Below are positions 7,438 through 16,238 of a stretch of DNA of 64,000 bases, one piece after another (position 1 is the stretch's first letter; each line of letters opens with the position of its first letter). The stretch comes from a bacterium UBP11_UBA4055 (GTDB lineage Bacteria; UBA4055). The translations under genes were made by a program, and so were the position numbers. Location of the stretch: the NCBI GenBank assembly GCA_002382735.1, contig DFZN01000044.1:93-64092 (forward strand), written 5' to 3'. Below the pieces are notes generated by a model. The model was not told the origin of the DNA and did no database searches. It saw only the letters and a program-made list of their open reading frames with translations.

Positions 7438-8715
7438 TTACCCGTTCAAATAATCTTCTCTGTGCTTCATAGTGTGGCATTTTCTGCACCAGTGACCCGC
7501 TTTGATCCGTTTTGGCTCAGCTTCCCAGACATGTCCGTTTTCGCATTGAAACACTAATCTTGTATAATTATTTACATACTCTGTTGACAAGCATTTTCCG
7601 CCCCGCTTTGCTACAATTTCTTTTATCTCATCAAAACTCCCCTGCAGTTTCTTTCTTGCGGATTCTTCTCCGCAGGCAGGGCACCATGATCCTCTCACAA
7701 TGTTTCTCGCTTCGGATTCAAAAATATGACCTTTGCCGCATTTATATTTCAAAACTGTTCGGTTGTTTTTATACACGGTGGAAAGGCACTGACCTCCCAT
7801 TTTCTCTGCCATTTTCTTAAAATTCTCGAGCCTGTCGCTTATCTTTTTACCTCTTAATACAGGCGCACATTCCGGGCACCAGTGACCTTGCATAATATAC
7901 CACGGTCTTGTGCTCCATCTGTGTCCTTTGCTGCATATAAAATTCAGCTTTGATCCCGATAAACTCTCCGAAAGACACTCTCCATTCTTTTCTTTCGCAA
8001 TTTCTTTAATTCTTTCAATAGTATATATTGTTCTGGGTTTACTGGCTGTAATTTTACTGTTTCTGATCTTATACCCGCACAACCTGCACCAGTGACCTTG
8101 CTTAATATGCATCGGAGCAGCCCACCATATATGATTTTCTTTGCAGATAAATTTCAATTTTGTATTACTGTTGACATACTTATCTGAAAGACATTTCCCT
8201 CCGTACTCTTCCGCAATTTTGTGATATATATCTATAGAATCGGTAGTTTTTTCTTTAGCTTTCTCAATTCCGCACTTCGGGCACCAACTGCCTTTTTTGA
8301 CTGAGCCGGCAGTTATCTTAAATTTATGACCTTCCCTGCACTCCACATCAAGTTTCTGGAGGCGATTTATATATTCATCAGTAAAACATTTACCGCCTTT
8401 ATCAGTGATTATTTTCTTAATTTCATTAAAATCGTTCTTCTGCGGTTCTACTGTCTTCTTCTTACCGCACACCGGGCACCACTGACCTTTAATAATTCCT
8501 CTCGGAGTCGTAGCCCAGACATGACCTTCCTTACATTGAAATTCCATTTTTGTTGAAACATTCACATATTTCTCAGAAAGACATTTACCGCCCTTATTCT
8601 CAGCGATCCCGCACATGAGCTTATATCTCTCTATGTAATATTCTTTACCGAGAAGGTGGCTCTGCAATAAATTTTTAAGTGGTTTCATTTTTATTCCTTC
8701 ATCTAACCTACTCAC
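7438..8715 (-). CDS. Repeat protein with six tandem ~67-aa treble-clef-like Zn-ribbon modules
   Basis: Six iterations of GGKCLSxxYxNxxTKLxFxCxxGHxWxxxPxxIxxGxWCPxCG. DNA shows a ~200-bp periodicity of ccgggcaccagtgacc-like strings. Confidence 0.6.
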   Translation of the reverse strand: MSRLDEGIKMKPLKNLLQSHLLGKEYYIERYKLMCGIAENKGGKCLSEKYVNVSTKMEFQCKEGHVWATTPRGIIKGQWCPVCGKKKTVEPQKNDFNEIKKIITDKGGKCFTDEYINRLQKLDVECREGHKFKITAGSVKKGSWCPKCGIEKAKEKTTDSIDIYHKIAEEYGGKCLSDKYVNSNTKLKFICKENHIWWAAPMHIKQGHWCRLCGYKIRNSKITASKPRTIYTIERIKEIAKEKNGECLSESLSGSKLNFICSKGHRWSTRPWYIMQGHWCPECAPVLRGKKISDRLENFKKMAEKMGGQCLSTVYKNNRTVLKYKCGKGHIFESEARNIVRGSWCPACGEESARKKLQGSFDEIKEIVAKRGGKCLSTEYVNNYTRLVFQCENGHVWEAEPKRIKAGHWCRKCHTMKHREDYLNG

Positions 8716-8724
8716 AAGCTTCTG

Positions 8725-8753
8725 AATCTACCGAATTATATCCCTAAAGTCAA
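8725..8753 (-). promoter_or_regulatory. Sigma70-like promoter (TTGACT -17 nt- TAGATT) reading into CDS 7438..8715
   Basis: Minus strand TTGACTttagggatataattcggTAGATT. Duplicate of the module at 2918-2946. The ~70 bp surrounding it (8693-8765) are also shared. Confidence 0.4.
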
Positions 8754-8824
8754 CGATTTCTACTCTTGAATTTACTTGCTTTATTATTTGACATTCCGCA
8801 CTAATCAGGTTAATTTTCATTCTC

Positions 8825-9088
8825 ATGAAAACAAAAATAGATTTTGATATGATCAAAAAAATACTCGACAATCAGGTCACCTACGAAGAAAATAATTTCA
8901 TAATAAGAAACGAAGAATTCGACATTACAGCTTGGGGTCAGACCCGCGACAAAGCTCTGGAAGCTTTCGCCTTTACATTTGACGCATTATACAAAAACTA
9001 TGCGTTAGAAAAAGACGAGAACCTTTCGGACAAAGCTATTACATTAAAAAATAAACTCAAGTCTATCATAAAGAAAATCACGCAGTAA
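8825..9088 (+). CDS. Small HicB-like (antitoxin-fold) hypothetical protein
   Basis: 87-aa ORF. NEEFDITAWGQTRDKALEAFAFTFDALY resembles the HicB/UPF0150 alpha-beta core. Truncated second copy at 654..788. Assignment tentative. Confidence 0.35.
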   Translation: MKTKIDFDMIKKILDNQVTYEENNFIIRNEEFDITAWGQTRDKALEAFAFTFDALYKNYALEKDENLSDKAITLKNKLKSIIKKITQ

Positions 9089-9132
9089 TGAGAGTAAGAA
9101 AAGTAAAAGACATCCTTCGGTTATTTCAACTG

Positions 9133-9183
9133 TTTTACAGCCTTGATTACGCACAATTGTGCAAGTGAGACTTGCATAATTAG
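9133..9183 (+). repeat. ~50-bp palindrome-containing element, copy 1 (TTTTACAGCCTTGATTACGCACAATTGTGCAAGTGAGACTTGCAtAATTAG)
   Basis: Shared with 32437-32488 and 33604-33653. Contains a 12-13-bp inverted repeat CAATTGTGCAAGT/ACTTGCACAATTA with a 3-nt loop. Confidence 0.7.
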
Positions 9184-9647
9184 TGTTTTTTCGGCTCATT
9201 ACATGCCTGTAATTTTTCGGAATTATACTCTGCCTTATCTTCAGCTACCCTAAGTTTTGTAACATCATTTTCAAGAATTTTATAATAATCTGTGTCCTTG
9301 ACCAGAACTTCTGCGGGGATATCGAGTTTAGCGTTCAGAGCTTTGATCATATTCAGGCTTAATTTAACCTTGCCGTTCAGAACTTCCGAAACTTTACTTT
9401 TCGATCCGATAATTCCGACAAGATCCTTAGCCTTCAAACCCATCTGCTCCATTCTGAATTTTACAGCCTCAACAGGGTCAGGCAGATCTATTTTATAGTG
9501 TTTTTCTTCATATTCGTTTATCAAAAGAGCCAGAAGATCGAATTTATCTCTTTCCTCGGTACCTTCTTCCGGATCGATCTCCATCAGTTTTTCGATCTCA
9601 GCCAGATACTCTCTGTATTGTTTTTCTGCTTTTATGACTTTGTACAT
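9180..9647 (-). CDS. HigA-family antitoxin-like HTH (XRE) regulator
   Basis: YREYLAEIEKLMEIDPEEGTEERDKFDLLALLINEYEEKHYKIDLPDPVEAVKFRMEQMGLKAKDLVGIIGSKSKVSEVLNGKVKLSLNMIKALNAKLDIPAEVL is the canonical HigA family pattern. Confidence 0.6.
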   Translation of the reverse strand: MYKVIKAEKQYREYLAEIEKLMEIDPEEGTEERDKFDLLALLINEYEEKHYKIDLPDPVEAVKFRMEQMGLKAKDLVGIIGSKSKVSEVLNGKVKLSLNMIKALNAKLDIPAEVLVKDTDYYKILENDVTKLRVAEDKAEYNSEKLQACNEPKKH

Positions 9648-9786
9648 TATCCCTCCCTTTGCCGGCGTTATCCGAACTTCCTTTTATTATACTCTGCATG
9701 AGTTCCGATAAACTGTATGTAAACAGATCCGCAATTATAAGCTATCCGCGTGACCAGCCTGTAACTGTTTCCCTTAATATTAAACA

Positions 9787-10185
9787 CTACAATATTACCG
9801 GGAAGAAATGATGCGGAACTATCAACTGTCGCTTTTTAACATTCTCAAAGTATTTGCTATAATAAAACATTGCGATCTGACCGCCACACGAGTGCGCAAG
9901 TAAATAAAATTCCTTAATATCTAACACAATACAAAGATCATTTACCCATTCGGCAATCCTATCAATCCTATAATCAACATCAGACTCAAACGGAGCTGTT
10001 TTTCCATGAGCCGGCAAATCAATACTGATAAGGTAAAAATCATTTTTCAATGCTTCCGCCACCTCTATAAAACTCAATTGCGTACTACCTAATCCATGCA
10101 GGCATAAAACTACCGGATTGTTTACATTTCGCCATTCGGCTATTCTTGTCCTCGTGCCTGCTACTTCAACAAAACTTTGTTTCAT
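9787..10185 (-). pseudogene. Truncated alpha/beta-hydrolase gene (N-terminal 132 aa only)
   Basis: HGLGST and nucleophile elbow AHSCGG are present, but the ORF ends before the Asp/His part of the catalytic triad. A second degraded copy lies at 11845-12060. Confidence 0.5.
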
Positions 10186-10276
10186 ATTTTAACCTGATTT
10201 AACGATCTCTTTATACTTGGAGTGTACCCGATAATGCAGTACCGTTAATACTCTTAAGCTGTATCTACATGATATA

Positions 10277-11170
10277 CTATTCCCAGACCCATTTTTTAGG
10301 ATTCCAGTTTTCTCCAGCTTCTTTACTTTCAAAGAGGGGTTTAATAAATTTGATAATTTGTGAGGCAATTTCTGAGAAAGATTTATTTACATTTAGTTCA
10401 TTTCTCTTCAAAAAGGCTTTCCATTGAGTTTCAAAATTTTTGCCGTTAATAAACTCATCTGAATAAACAACATTCAATCCATCAAGAGATGTTTTCCTCT
10501 TTGAGAAAGTCGTTTCCAGTGATTTCAGCAATTCGGACCTTGTAAATTTGTGGTTTTCTGCCAGAAAATGTATATCAAAGAAATCCTTCATGCGGCTGGT
10601 GGAGTAATTTAGTTTTACTATAGACTCAAGCTTCTCGGAAATAACCGATTCGAATGGATATATTTTTATATTTGCCTCATCGTAGTCAAGCATTCCCGGA
10701 TATGGTAAAACTATCACATCCTGACTTAAAGCATCACCGAAGCCAACATCTAAAGCGATTTTCTTAAGCACTGAATCAAGATTAACATCAAGTTTGATCC
10801 TGACACCTTCATAATCTGCACCTTCTTTGATAATTTCTGTTGTTATAGAAGTATGCAGAAATTTCAGTCCGTCGTCTTCTACTTTTGTTCCGCAGATATC
10901 TTTGATGATATTTTTAATTGCTTTTTGATCGTTTTCAATTTTTTCACCCAGAAAATCAATATCTTTGGTAGGTCTGAATTCTGAAACACCCAATAAAGTA
11001 AGAACAAGTCCGCCTTTAAGTGTAAAATTATCTTTATAATCTGACTTAGAAAGCCTGTATAAAAATCTTTCCTGCATAAATCTGAGAATAACAAAATCAA
11101 AATTAAGGTCTTTTTCTTTTGCGATATTTTTTAATCTCGCTTTAACTGATGCAGCTACATTTTTTGTCAT
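10277..11170 (-). CDS. AbiEii/AbiGii-family nucleotidyltransferase toxin (type IV TA / abortive infection)
   Basis: N-terminal ASVKARLKNIAKEKDLNFDFVILRFMQERFLYRLSKSDYKDNFTLKGGLVL...RPTKDIDFLG is the DUF1814/AbiEii signature. Confidence 0.8.
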   Translation of the reverse strand: MTKNVAASVKARLKNIAKEKDLNFDFVILRFMQERFLYRLSKSDYKDNFTLKGGLVLTLLGVSEFRPTKDIDFLGEKIENDQKAIKNIIKDICGTKVEDDGLKFLHTSITTEIIKEGADYEGVRIKLDVNLDSVLKKIALDVGFGDALSQDVIVLPYPGMLDYDEANIKIYPFESVISEKLESIVKLNYSTSRMKDFFDIHFLAENHKFTRSELLKSLETTFSKRKTSLDGLNVVYSDEFINGKNFETQWKAFLKRNELNVNKSFSEIASQIIKFIKPLFESKEAGENWNPKKWVWE

Positions 11171-11172
11171 AC

Positions 11173-11796
11173 TTATCCGAGAAGAGTTTTTATTGAGGAA
11201 TTAATTATTTTTGCCACTCTGCAAATTTTCGCATATTCTTTCAGCTTGAAAAAATCAGTATTCTTACTGTTTACATAATTCTTCAAACATTCGTACGCAA
11301 TGTCTTCACCGATCTTGTTTTTATATCTGAAAATATCACATATCGACTTTTCTCTATCATATATTCTCACAATGCCGTATTTTGTTTCAATTTTATTTAT
11401 TCCCAGATTGAAAGTTTTTTCAGAAAAATAATATCCTTTTACTTTAACACTGTAAATCTTCGGTATCTTCTTATCTCTTTCTACTGCTATATGAACCAAT
11501 GGATTGATATAAGTCGTAAGATCATAGTAAGAAAGTGCTGATAGAATGCAGATTACAGAATCAGGAGCAGCTTTTGCGATATCCACAAAATCAAAACTTA
11601 CATTTCCCGGCTCTGTCAGTTCTGCCAACCTGTACAAACCCGGTTTTACCCTGATAATAGTTCCATTATCGACTATTTGTTTGATATGCAAAGAGTGAAA
11701 CCCTTTCTTTTTAAGATCCATATCTCTTACATAACCATTGTTTTTTTCAAAATATTTAATAATCTCAGTCATAAATCTTGTCCTATTCTTCTGCAC
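11173..11796 (-). CDS. AbiEi-family antitoxin (transcriptional regulator)
   Basis: 207-aa ORF 2 bp upstream of the AbiEii gene. N-terminal wHTH-like segment (GYVRDMDLKKKGFHSLHIKQIVDNGTIIRVKPGLYRL) is typical of AbiEi. Confidence 0.7.
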   Translation of the reverse strand: MQKNRTRFMTEIIKYFEKNNGYVRDMDLKKKGFHSLHIKQIVDNGTIIRVKPGLYRLAELTEPGNVSFDFVDIAKAAPDSVICILSALSYYDLTTYINPLVHIAVERDKKIPKIYSVKVKGYYFSEKTFNLGINKIETKYGIVRIYDREKSICDIFRYKNKIGEDIAYECLKNYVNSKNTDFFKLKEYAKICRVAKIINSSIKTLLG

Positions 11797-11844
11797 TTAG
11801 ACTCTACATGCGGAGCTTTCAGACAATATAATAAAATTAATTTG

Positions 11845-12060
11845 TGATGTCAATTCTTTAAATTTTACATTACTAAAGTATTTGCTATAATAGTACATTG
11901 CAATTTGACCACCCCACGAGTGCGCAAGTAAATAAAAATCCTTAATATCTAAAACAATACAAAGATCATTCACCCATTCGGATTGTCTTTATTACCCCAT
12001 TCTGCTATTCTTGTTTTTGCGACTGACACTTCAACAAAACTTTGTTTCATACTTTAACCT
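11845..12060 (-). pseudogene. Degraded second copy of the alpha/beta-hydrolase gene 5' part (internal deletion)
   Basis: 11872-11990 and 12000-12060 align to 9855-9975 and about 10120-10200 (for example tatttgctataataaaacattgcgatctgaccgccacacgagtgcgcaagtaaataaaattccttaatatct). No intact ORF. Confidence 0.5.
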
Positions 12061-12111
12061 GATTTAAAAAAAATTATACTGAATTAAATGTGGTTAATTA
12101 GATCCCGTTTT

Positions 12112-12285
12112 ATTACTCATCATAGTCATCGTAATCGTCCATTTGATTTTCGCTGTCGATCTCTATTTGACACTGTGAACATAGTTGTCCGTTCATTACA
12201 TAGATCCAGTTTTCTCCGGGCTGTAACGCCTCTGCGAACAATGTACAGCCGCAACTTGCACATTGATAATGGTATTTAGGCATAC
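12112..12285 (-). CDS. Small Zn-ribbon protein with acidic tail (57 aa: MPKYHYQCASCGCTLFAEALQPGENWIYVMNGQLCSQCQIEIDSENQMDDYDDYDE)
   Basis: Manually translated, below the ORF-track size cut-off. CxxC...CxxC with a DDYDDYDE tail. 11 bp downstream of the RelE-like ORF with an RBS-like ggagatcag upstream. Confidence 0.4.
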
Positions 12286-12296
12286 TGATCTCCTTT

Positions 12297-12539
12297 TTAT
12301 CTTTTTAGTTTTTTTATCTGATTTTCATAGGCATCGTGATTGCCTACAAAGGCCAGACCCGTTTTAGAAAAAAGCAACCGATATTTATTGTTTAACTTAC
12401 AGGAAAAATAGCCCGGGAGACTGGAAATATTTTTCCACCCGCTCCATTTTGGATTGAAAAGATTATCGCTGCTGACTATAGATTCAGCTTTGAATAATAC
12501 ATTGTCAGGTACATGGCTTATGCAGATTATGCGAAACAT
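12297..12539 (-). CDS. RelE/YoeB-family toxin-like protein
   Basis: GYFSCKLNNKYRLLFSKTGLAFVGNHDAYE fits the RelE/YoeB C-terminal pattern (G[YW]xSxRIxxxxRLxYxxxxxxLxxxxxxxHY). Start overlaps the radical SAM gene end. Confidence 0.45.
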   Translation of the reverse strand: MFRIICISHVPDNVLFKAESIVSSDNLFNPKWSGWKNISSLPGYFSCKLNNKYRLLFSKTGLAFVGNHDAYENQIKKLKR

Positions 12540-13405
12540 GATTCTCTCCTTTCTTCAGTTACACTGTGGTATTTATAAAACTTTACAAGATCAACGAACT
12601 CATTCGCAGTGAAATTTTTAAAATTCATATCCATTACCCTGCCGATCTCAATTTTGATAATTCTTTTATTTTCGATTTTATTGGTATGAATAATCCCGTC
12701 AGGTGTGATATTCATGTACGAGTTATGCATCTGATCGTTATTTTCAATTACAAGCTGAACTTCTGAACCATTTAATTGATCTTCTACATATTTTCTCAAA
12801 TCTTCAAAATCATCGTCAGACACAGTAAGACTGTCATCTTTTTCTGTAAATTCTACAACCGGCATATACTGGTAAATTTTCCAGCGATAGTAACCGTTCT
12901 TTTTCACAAATTCACACATTTCTCTTATGCTAACGAGATTGATCGAAGTTACGACGGTATTTAGCTTTATTTTCATGCCGGATTTTCTTGCATAATGATG
13001 CAATGATAAGGCATGTGACAAATGGCTTACAGGTCTGCCTAAAAGCACCTGTTCTGCATTGTTCAGAGTGTCAATATCAATTGTAAGTATATCAAGGACG
13101 TCTTTGAAATTATCCAGATCGGAAGTAGTAAGATAAGAACCGTTTGTTATCAGTTCTGTCTTTATACCTTTTAATTTCAAATATCTAATAAGATCTATAA
13201 CTTCCGCTTTTGAATGCCAAAGCATCGGCTCGCCGCCTGCAAGACTCAGCTTTCTGCATCCCCAGCTGTAAAGCTTGTCTGTTATTCCTTTTGCTTCTTC
13301 GTAGCTGGACAGCTTACCGCTTGTGTATCTGTAGCAGTATTTACATTTATAATTACATGCTGTGGTGAGTGACCATGATGCCGAGAAGTTGCTTTGCTGA
13401 TTCAT
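12527..13405 (-). CDS. Viperin-like radical SAM enzyme (candidate prokaryotic viperin, pVip)
   Basis: CNYKCKYCY cluster (viperin CNYKCGFCF), LSLAGGEPMLW (viperin INFSGGEPFLQ), ELITNGSYL (SIVSNGSLI), DILTIDIDTLNNAEQVLLGR ([20 protein letters not shown]) and KIKLNTVVTSINL...RWKIYQYMPV (AFKINSVINRFN...RWKVFQCLLI) all align with human viperin. Length 292 aa. Confidence 0.7.
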   Translation of the reverse strand: MNQQSNFSASWSLTTACNYKCKYCYRYTSGKLSSYEEAKGITDKLYSWGCRKLSLAGGEPMLWHSKAEVIDLIRYLKLKGIKTELITNGSYLTTSDLDNFKDVLDILTIDIDTLNNAEQVLLGRPVSHLSHALSLHHYARKSGMKIKLNTVVTSINLVSIREMCEFVKKNGYYRWKIYQYMPVVEFTEKDDSLTVSDDDFEDLRKYVEDQLNGSEVQLVIENNDQMHNSYMNITPDGIIHTNKIENKRIIKIEIGRVMDMNFKNFTANEFVDLVKFYKYHSVTEERRESCFA

Positions 13406-13468
13406 TTTGATACCTCCCTGTTAGGTTGTATCAAAATTACAGAATAAAATCTTTTAATAATATTAACG

Positions 13469-13505
13469 ACACAAAGACTGTAATTTGATTTTTTACAGTC
13501 TTTGT
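13469..13505. promoter_or_regulatory. Perfect 14-bp inverted repeat CACAAAGACTGTAA-(9)-TTACAGTCTTTGTG upstream of the pVip-like gene
   Basis: Seen directly. Lies between the ankyrin gene stop (13553) and the radical SAM start (13405). Not followed by a U-tract in either orientation, so operator-like rather than terminator. Confidence 0.4.
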
Positions 13506-13552
13506 GCTAAATCCAGTTTTATTATTAAGTTATTTAAAAGTAAGACCTATTG

Positions 13553-16168
13553 TTATTCTAAAATCTGAACTAACTTTTTATTGTTTGACATTTTGGCAAT
13601 ATCCAAGATTGTGTACTCACCGGCCTCTTTCATAGTTTTATCAAATCCAAGATCAAAGATCTTTCTTGTCATTCTGATAATTATGTCAGGTATTTCACTT
13701 TGATCTTTAAAAGTCATAAACAATGGGTATAAGACAGTATATTCTTTGTTCGATTCCACATTTTTATATTTAATATTTATTAATTCAGCCATATCTTTCG
13801 GATAATTGTCGAGAAGATATTCTGCGAATTCATAATTACCAAATCCTACAGCTAATCCTATAACAGTCGCTTTATTTACAAGCTGGTGCTTAATGTTTGC
13901 GCCATATTTTAATAACTTTTCGAAAATTTTTATATCTCCGATTTCTGATGAAAGAAGTAATTCTGTAAAATCATAGTCATGAAGCACATCTACTTCAGCT
14001 TTGTTTATAAGAAATGTATCTATAATTTTATAGAATGAATCTTTTTTATGTTCTATTGATTCCAATAAATATTCTGTTATTCTAAACAAATTCTCATTAT
14101 TTAATTTTGCAAATTTGTTGTATTGTTCTTTAAAATCATCATGGAATAAATTTCCAGACATCATTCTACTAATATTATCAAGTTTCATAGCTTTGATAAA
14201 ATCTTCTTTTTTCACAACATATCTTTTGTTGTTATTTATCCATTTGACCAAACTTGCTATTCTATTCACAGTAAAATACAAAGGCGTTAAACCGTCTTTA
14301 CAATTTTCAGAGCATTTTAAATTAATATCAGCTCCCTGCTTTAATACCTGCTCAACAAGTTCTGGAATTCCGCTTTCAATCGCACACATAAGAGCAGTTT
14401 TTCTTTTTCTTTTTGTTCTTGCATTTATGCTTGGATTCAAATCCAGCTCTAAAAGGAGGTTACAGCATTCCAGTTGTTTTTCACTTATAATATCACTAGA
14501 CTGAAGTTGCATTGCTCTTATCAGCGCAGTACTTCCATCATCGGCTACAATATTCGGATCTGCTTTTAATTGTATTAAATCTTTTAATTCATCTACTTTT
14601 TCAAATGAAGCAGCGATCATCATTTGTGTGAGAGGGTAATTTCCGATACCTTTAATTTTACGGTCTGGGTATCTTTTATCTACTTTCCAATTATCAATTA
14701 TTTCTTTACTGAATAAAAAATCGCTATAAGCTTCTTTGTTTAGTTTTTCATATTGTTTAATATCGGTCTTGTAATACGCTTTCGGATTGAATATGCTGTA
14801 ATACTGGCTAGTTAACTGGTCAACAATATATTCTTTTACTTCATCGTAAGGCTCATGGAACAGCTCATAGAAATTTGCCCATTTGTAGAATTTTTTGAAC
14901 ACATTTAATTTACCCAGTTTTGCAGAAAGTACCAGCCCTTCTGTTAAAATCGGTTTCAAATCTATTCCTGCCTGATACTTTCCGTCTTCATAAGCTCTCT
15001 CATAATGCAATAATGCTTCTTTCCATGATTTTTCGTCTGTTTGTAGCGCATAGAACCTTGCCCTCTGCAGTTCTAGTATGTAAGAATCATTCAATTCTTC
15101 CGATTTGGAGAGAGTGCCAAGAACTTCCTGTGCTTTTAACTGATCGTCTTTGTCTTTCTCCTTTATAGGAGATGTATATTTGTTTCCAAGTAAATTACTT
15201 GTTAAAACAATCTTACTTTTCAACTCCATTGGATTATCTTCTTTTAAAACATCGATCCGCTTCCGGAAGTGTTCAAACAATTCGTTAATATCCGTATCTA
15301 AATAATCACTCTTAACATATCTCTTTGTATTCTTTATTACAACAAAGGTGGCTTTAATTCCAAACAATTCTTCTAGATTATTTAAACAGTATTGAATTCC
15401 TCTGGCTATGAATAAGTTAAATTTTAAAGAATTCTCAGGGATTTGATCTTTATCTGTTAATCCAAGGTCAATTCCTGATAGTTCAGCTATGCTGAAAGAA
15501 CTCGGGAGATGATTATTTTTTCTCCATCTGTTGTATTTTTGGTAGAAAAGCAAAATTTTTTCAGATTCATAAAAGCTTTTATCGTTCTCAATCCTGTCTT
15601 TATATTTTTCTTTCATTATCTTCTGACAAAGCTTATAAAGAGAATCACAGTCGGTTTGATCTGCCCACCAGTCCAATACATTTGATATTGGAGATTTTAT
15701 TTTACTTTCTTCAGCTTCTTCCGGTAACCACCAGAATTCTTCTTTCGGGAATATCAGTCCGGTTTGGGAATTTTGTAAGTCTCTAACTAAACCGGAGAAC
15801 TGATAAACAAAGTAATGAGTTATTAGTGTCTTGACAATTCGTTCTCTATTAATATAGCTTACATTAAGATTCAAAGCGATATACTTGTATCCATTCAAAA
15901 TCGATGTAATCTGATTATTCAGTTCTGAGAAAAAAACTTCATTCTGAATAAGCTTGCCGAAACTTTTATTGATCACATTTTCGATAAATTCTTGAGCCCT
16001 GTCCATATCGAAATCTTTTTCCTCTGAGAATCTCTGGATGTCTTTTATAAGACCAGCCCTAGTCTTTTCGTCTGCGACCAATTCATAGAAATCGAAAGCT
16101 TCGATTATGAATTTTGTAACTTCCCCGATCGTTGGGAACCCTTTTGCTTCTTCATTTTTCTTATTCAT
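13553..16168 (-). CDS. Large (871 aa) protein with C-terminal ankyrin repeats and an uncharacterised ~500-aa N-terminal region
   Basis: Repeated GxTALxxAxxxGxxxLVExLLxxGADxN modules from about residue 540 (DDGSTALIRAM..., RKTALMCAIESGIPELVEQVLKQGADINLK, DGLTPLYFTV...). Confidence 0.65.
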   Translation of the reverse strand: MNKKNEEAKGFPTIGEVTKFIIEAFDFYELVADEKTRAGLIKDIQRFSEEKDFDMDRAQEFIENVINKSFGKLIQNEVFFSELNNQITSILNGYKYIALNLNVSYINRERIVKTLITHYFVYQFSGLVRDLQNSQTGLIFPKEEFWWLPEEAEESKIKSPISNVLDWWADQTDCDSLYKLCQKIMKEKYKDRIENDKSFYESEKILLFYQKYNRWRKNNHLPSSFSIAELSGIDLGLTDKDQIPENSLKFNLFIARGIQYCLNNLEELFGIKATFVVIKNTKRYVKSDYLDTDINELFEHFRKRIDVLKEDNPMELKSKIVLTSNLLGNKYTSPIKEKDKDDQLKAQEVLGTLSKSEELNDSYILELQRARFYALQTDEKSWKEALLHYERAYEDGKYQAGIDLKPILTEGLVLSAKLGKLNVFKKFYKWANFYELFHEPYDEVKEYIVDQLTSQYYSIFNPKAYYKTDIKQYEKLNKEAYSDFLFSKEIIDNWKVDKRYPDRKIKGIGNYPLTQMMIAASFEKVDELKDLIQLKADPNIVADDGSTALIRAMQLQSSDIISEKQLECCNLLLELDLNPSINARTKRKRKTALMCAIESGIPELVEQVLKQGADINLKCSENCKDGLTPLYFTVNRIASLVKWINNNKRYVVKKEDFIKAMKLDNISRMMSGNLFHDDFKEQYNKFAKLNNENLFRITEYLLESIEHKKDSFYKIIDTFLINKAEVDVLHDYDFTELLLSSEIGDIKIFEKLLKYGANIKHQLVNKATVIGLAVGFGNYEFAEYLLDNYPKDMAELINIKYKNVESNKEYTVLYPLFMTFKDQSEIPDIIIRMTRKIFDLGFDKTMKEAGEYTILDIAKMSNNKKLVQILE

Positions 16169-16238
16169 TTTATCTCCTCCTTGTTTTGTTAGGCTAGAGA
16201 TAAATTTAACTAAATATTGCTCTGAATATTATTGTCAT

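Noticed and set aside
12088-12279. Plus-strand 63-aa ORF (MWLIRSRF...)
   Set aside because: No features. The opposite strand encodes a well-formed CxxC...CxxC Zn-ribbon protein with RBS and operon context, which I prefer.
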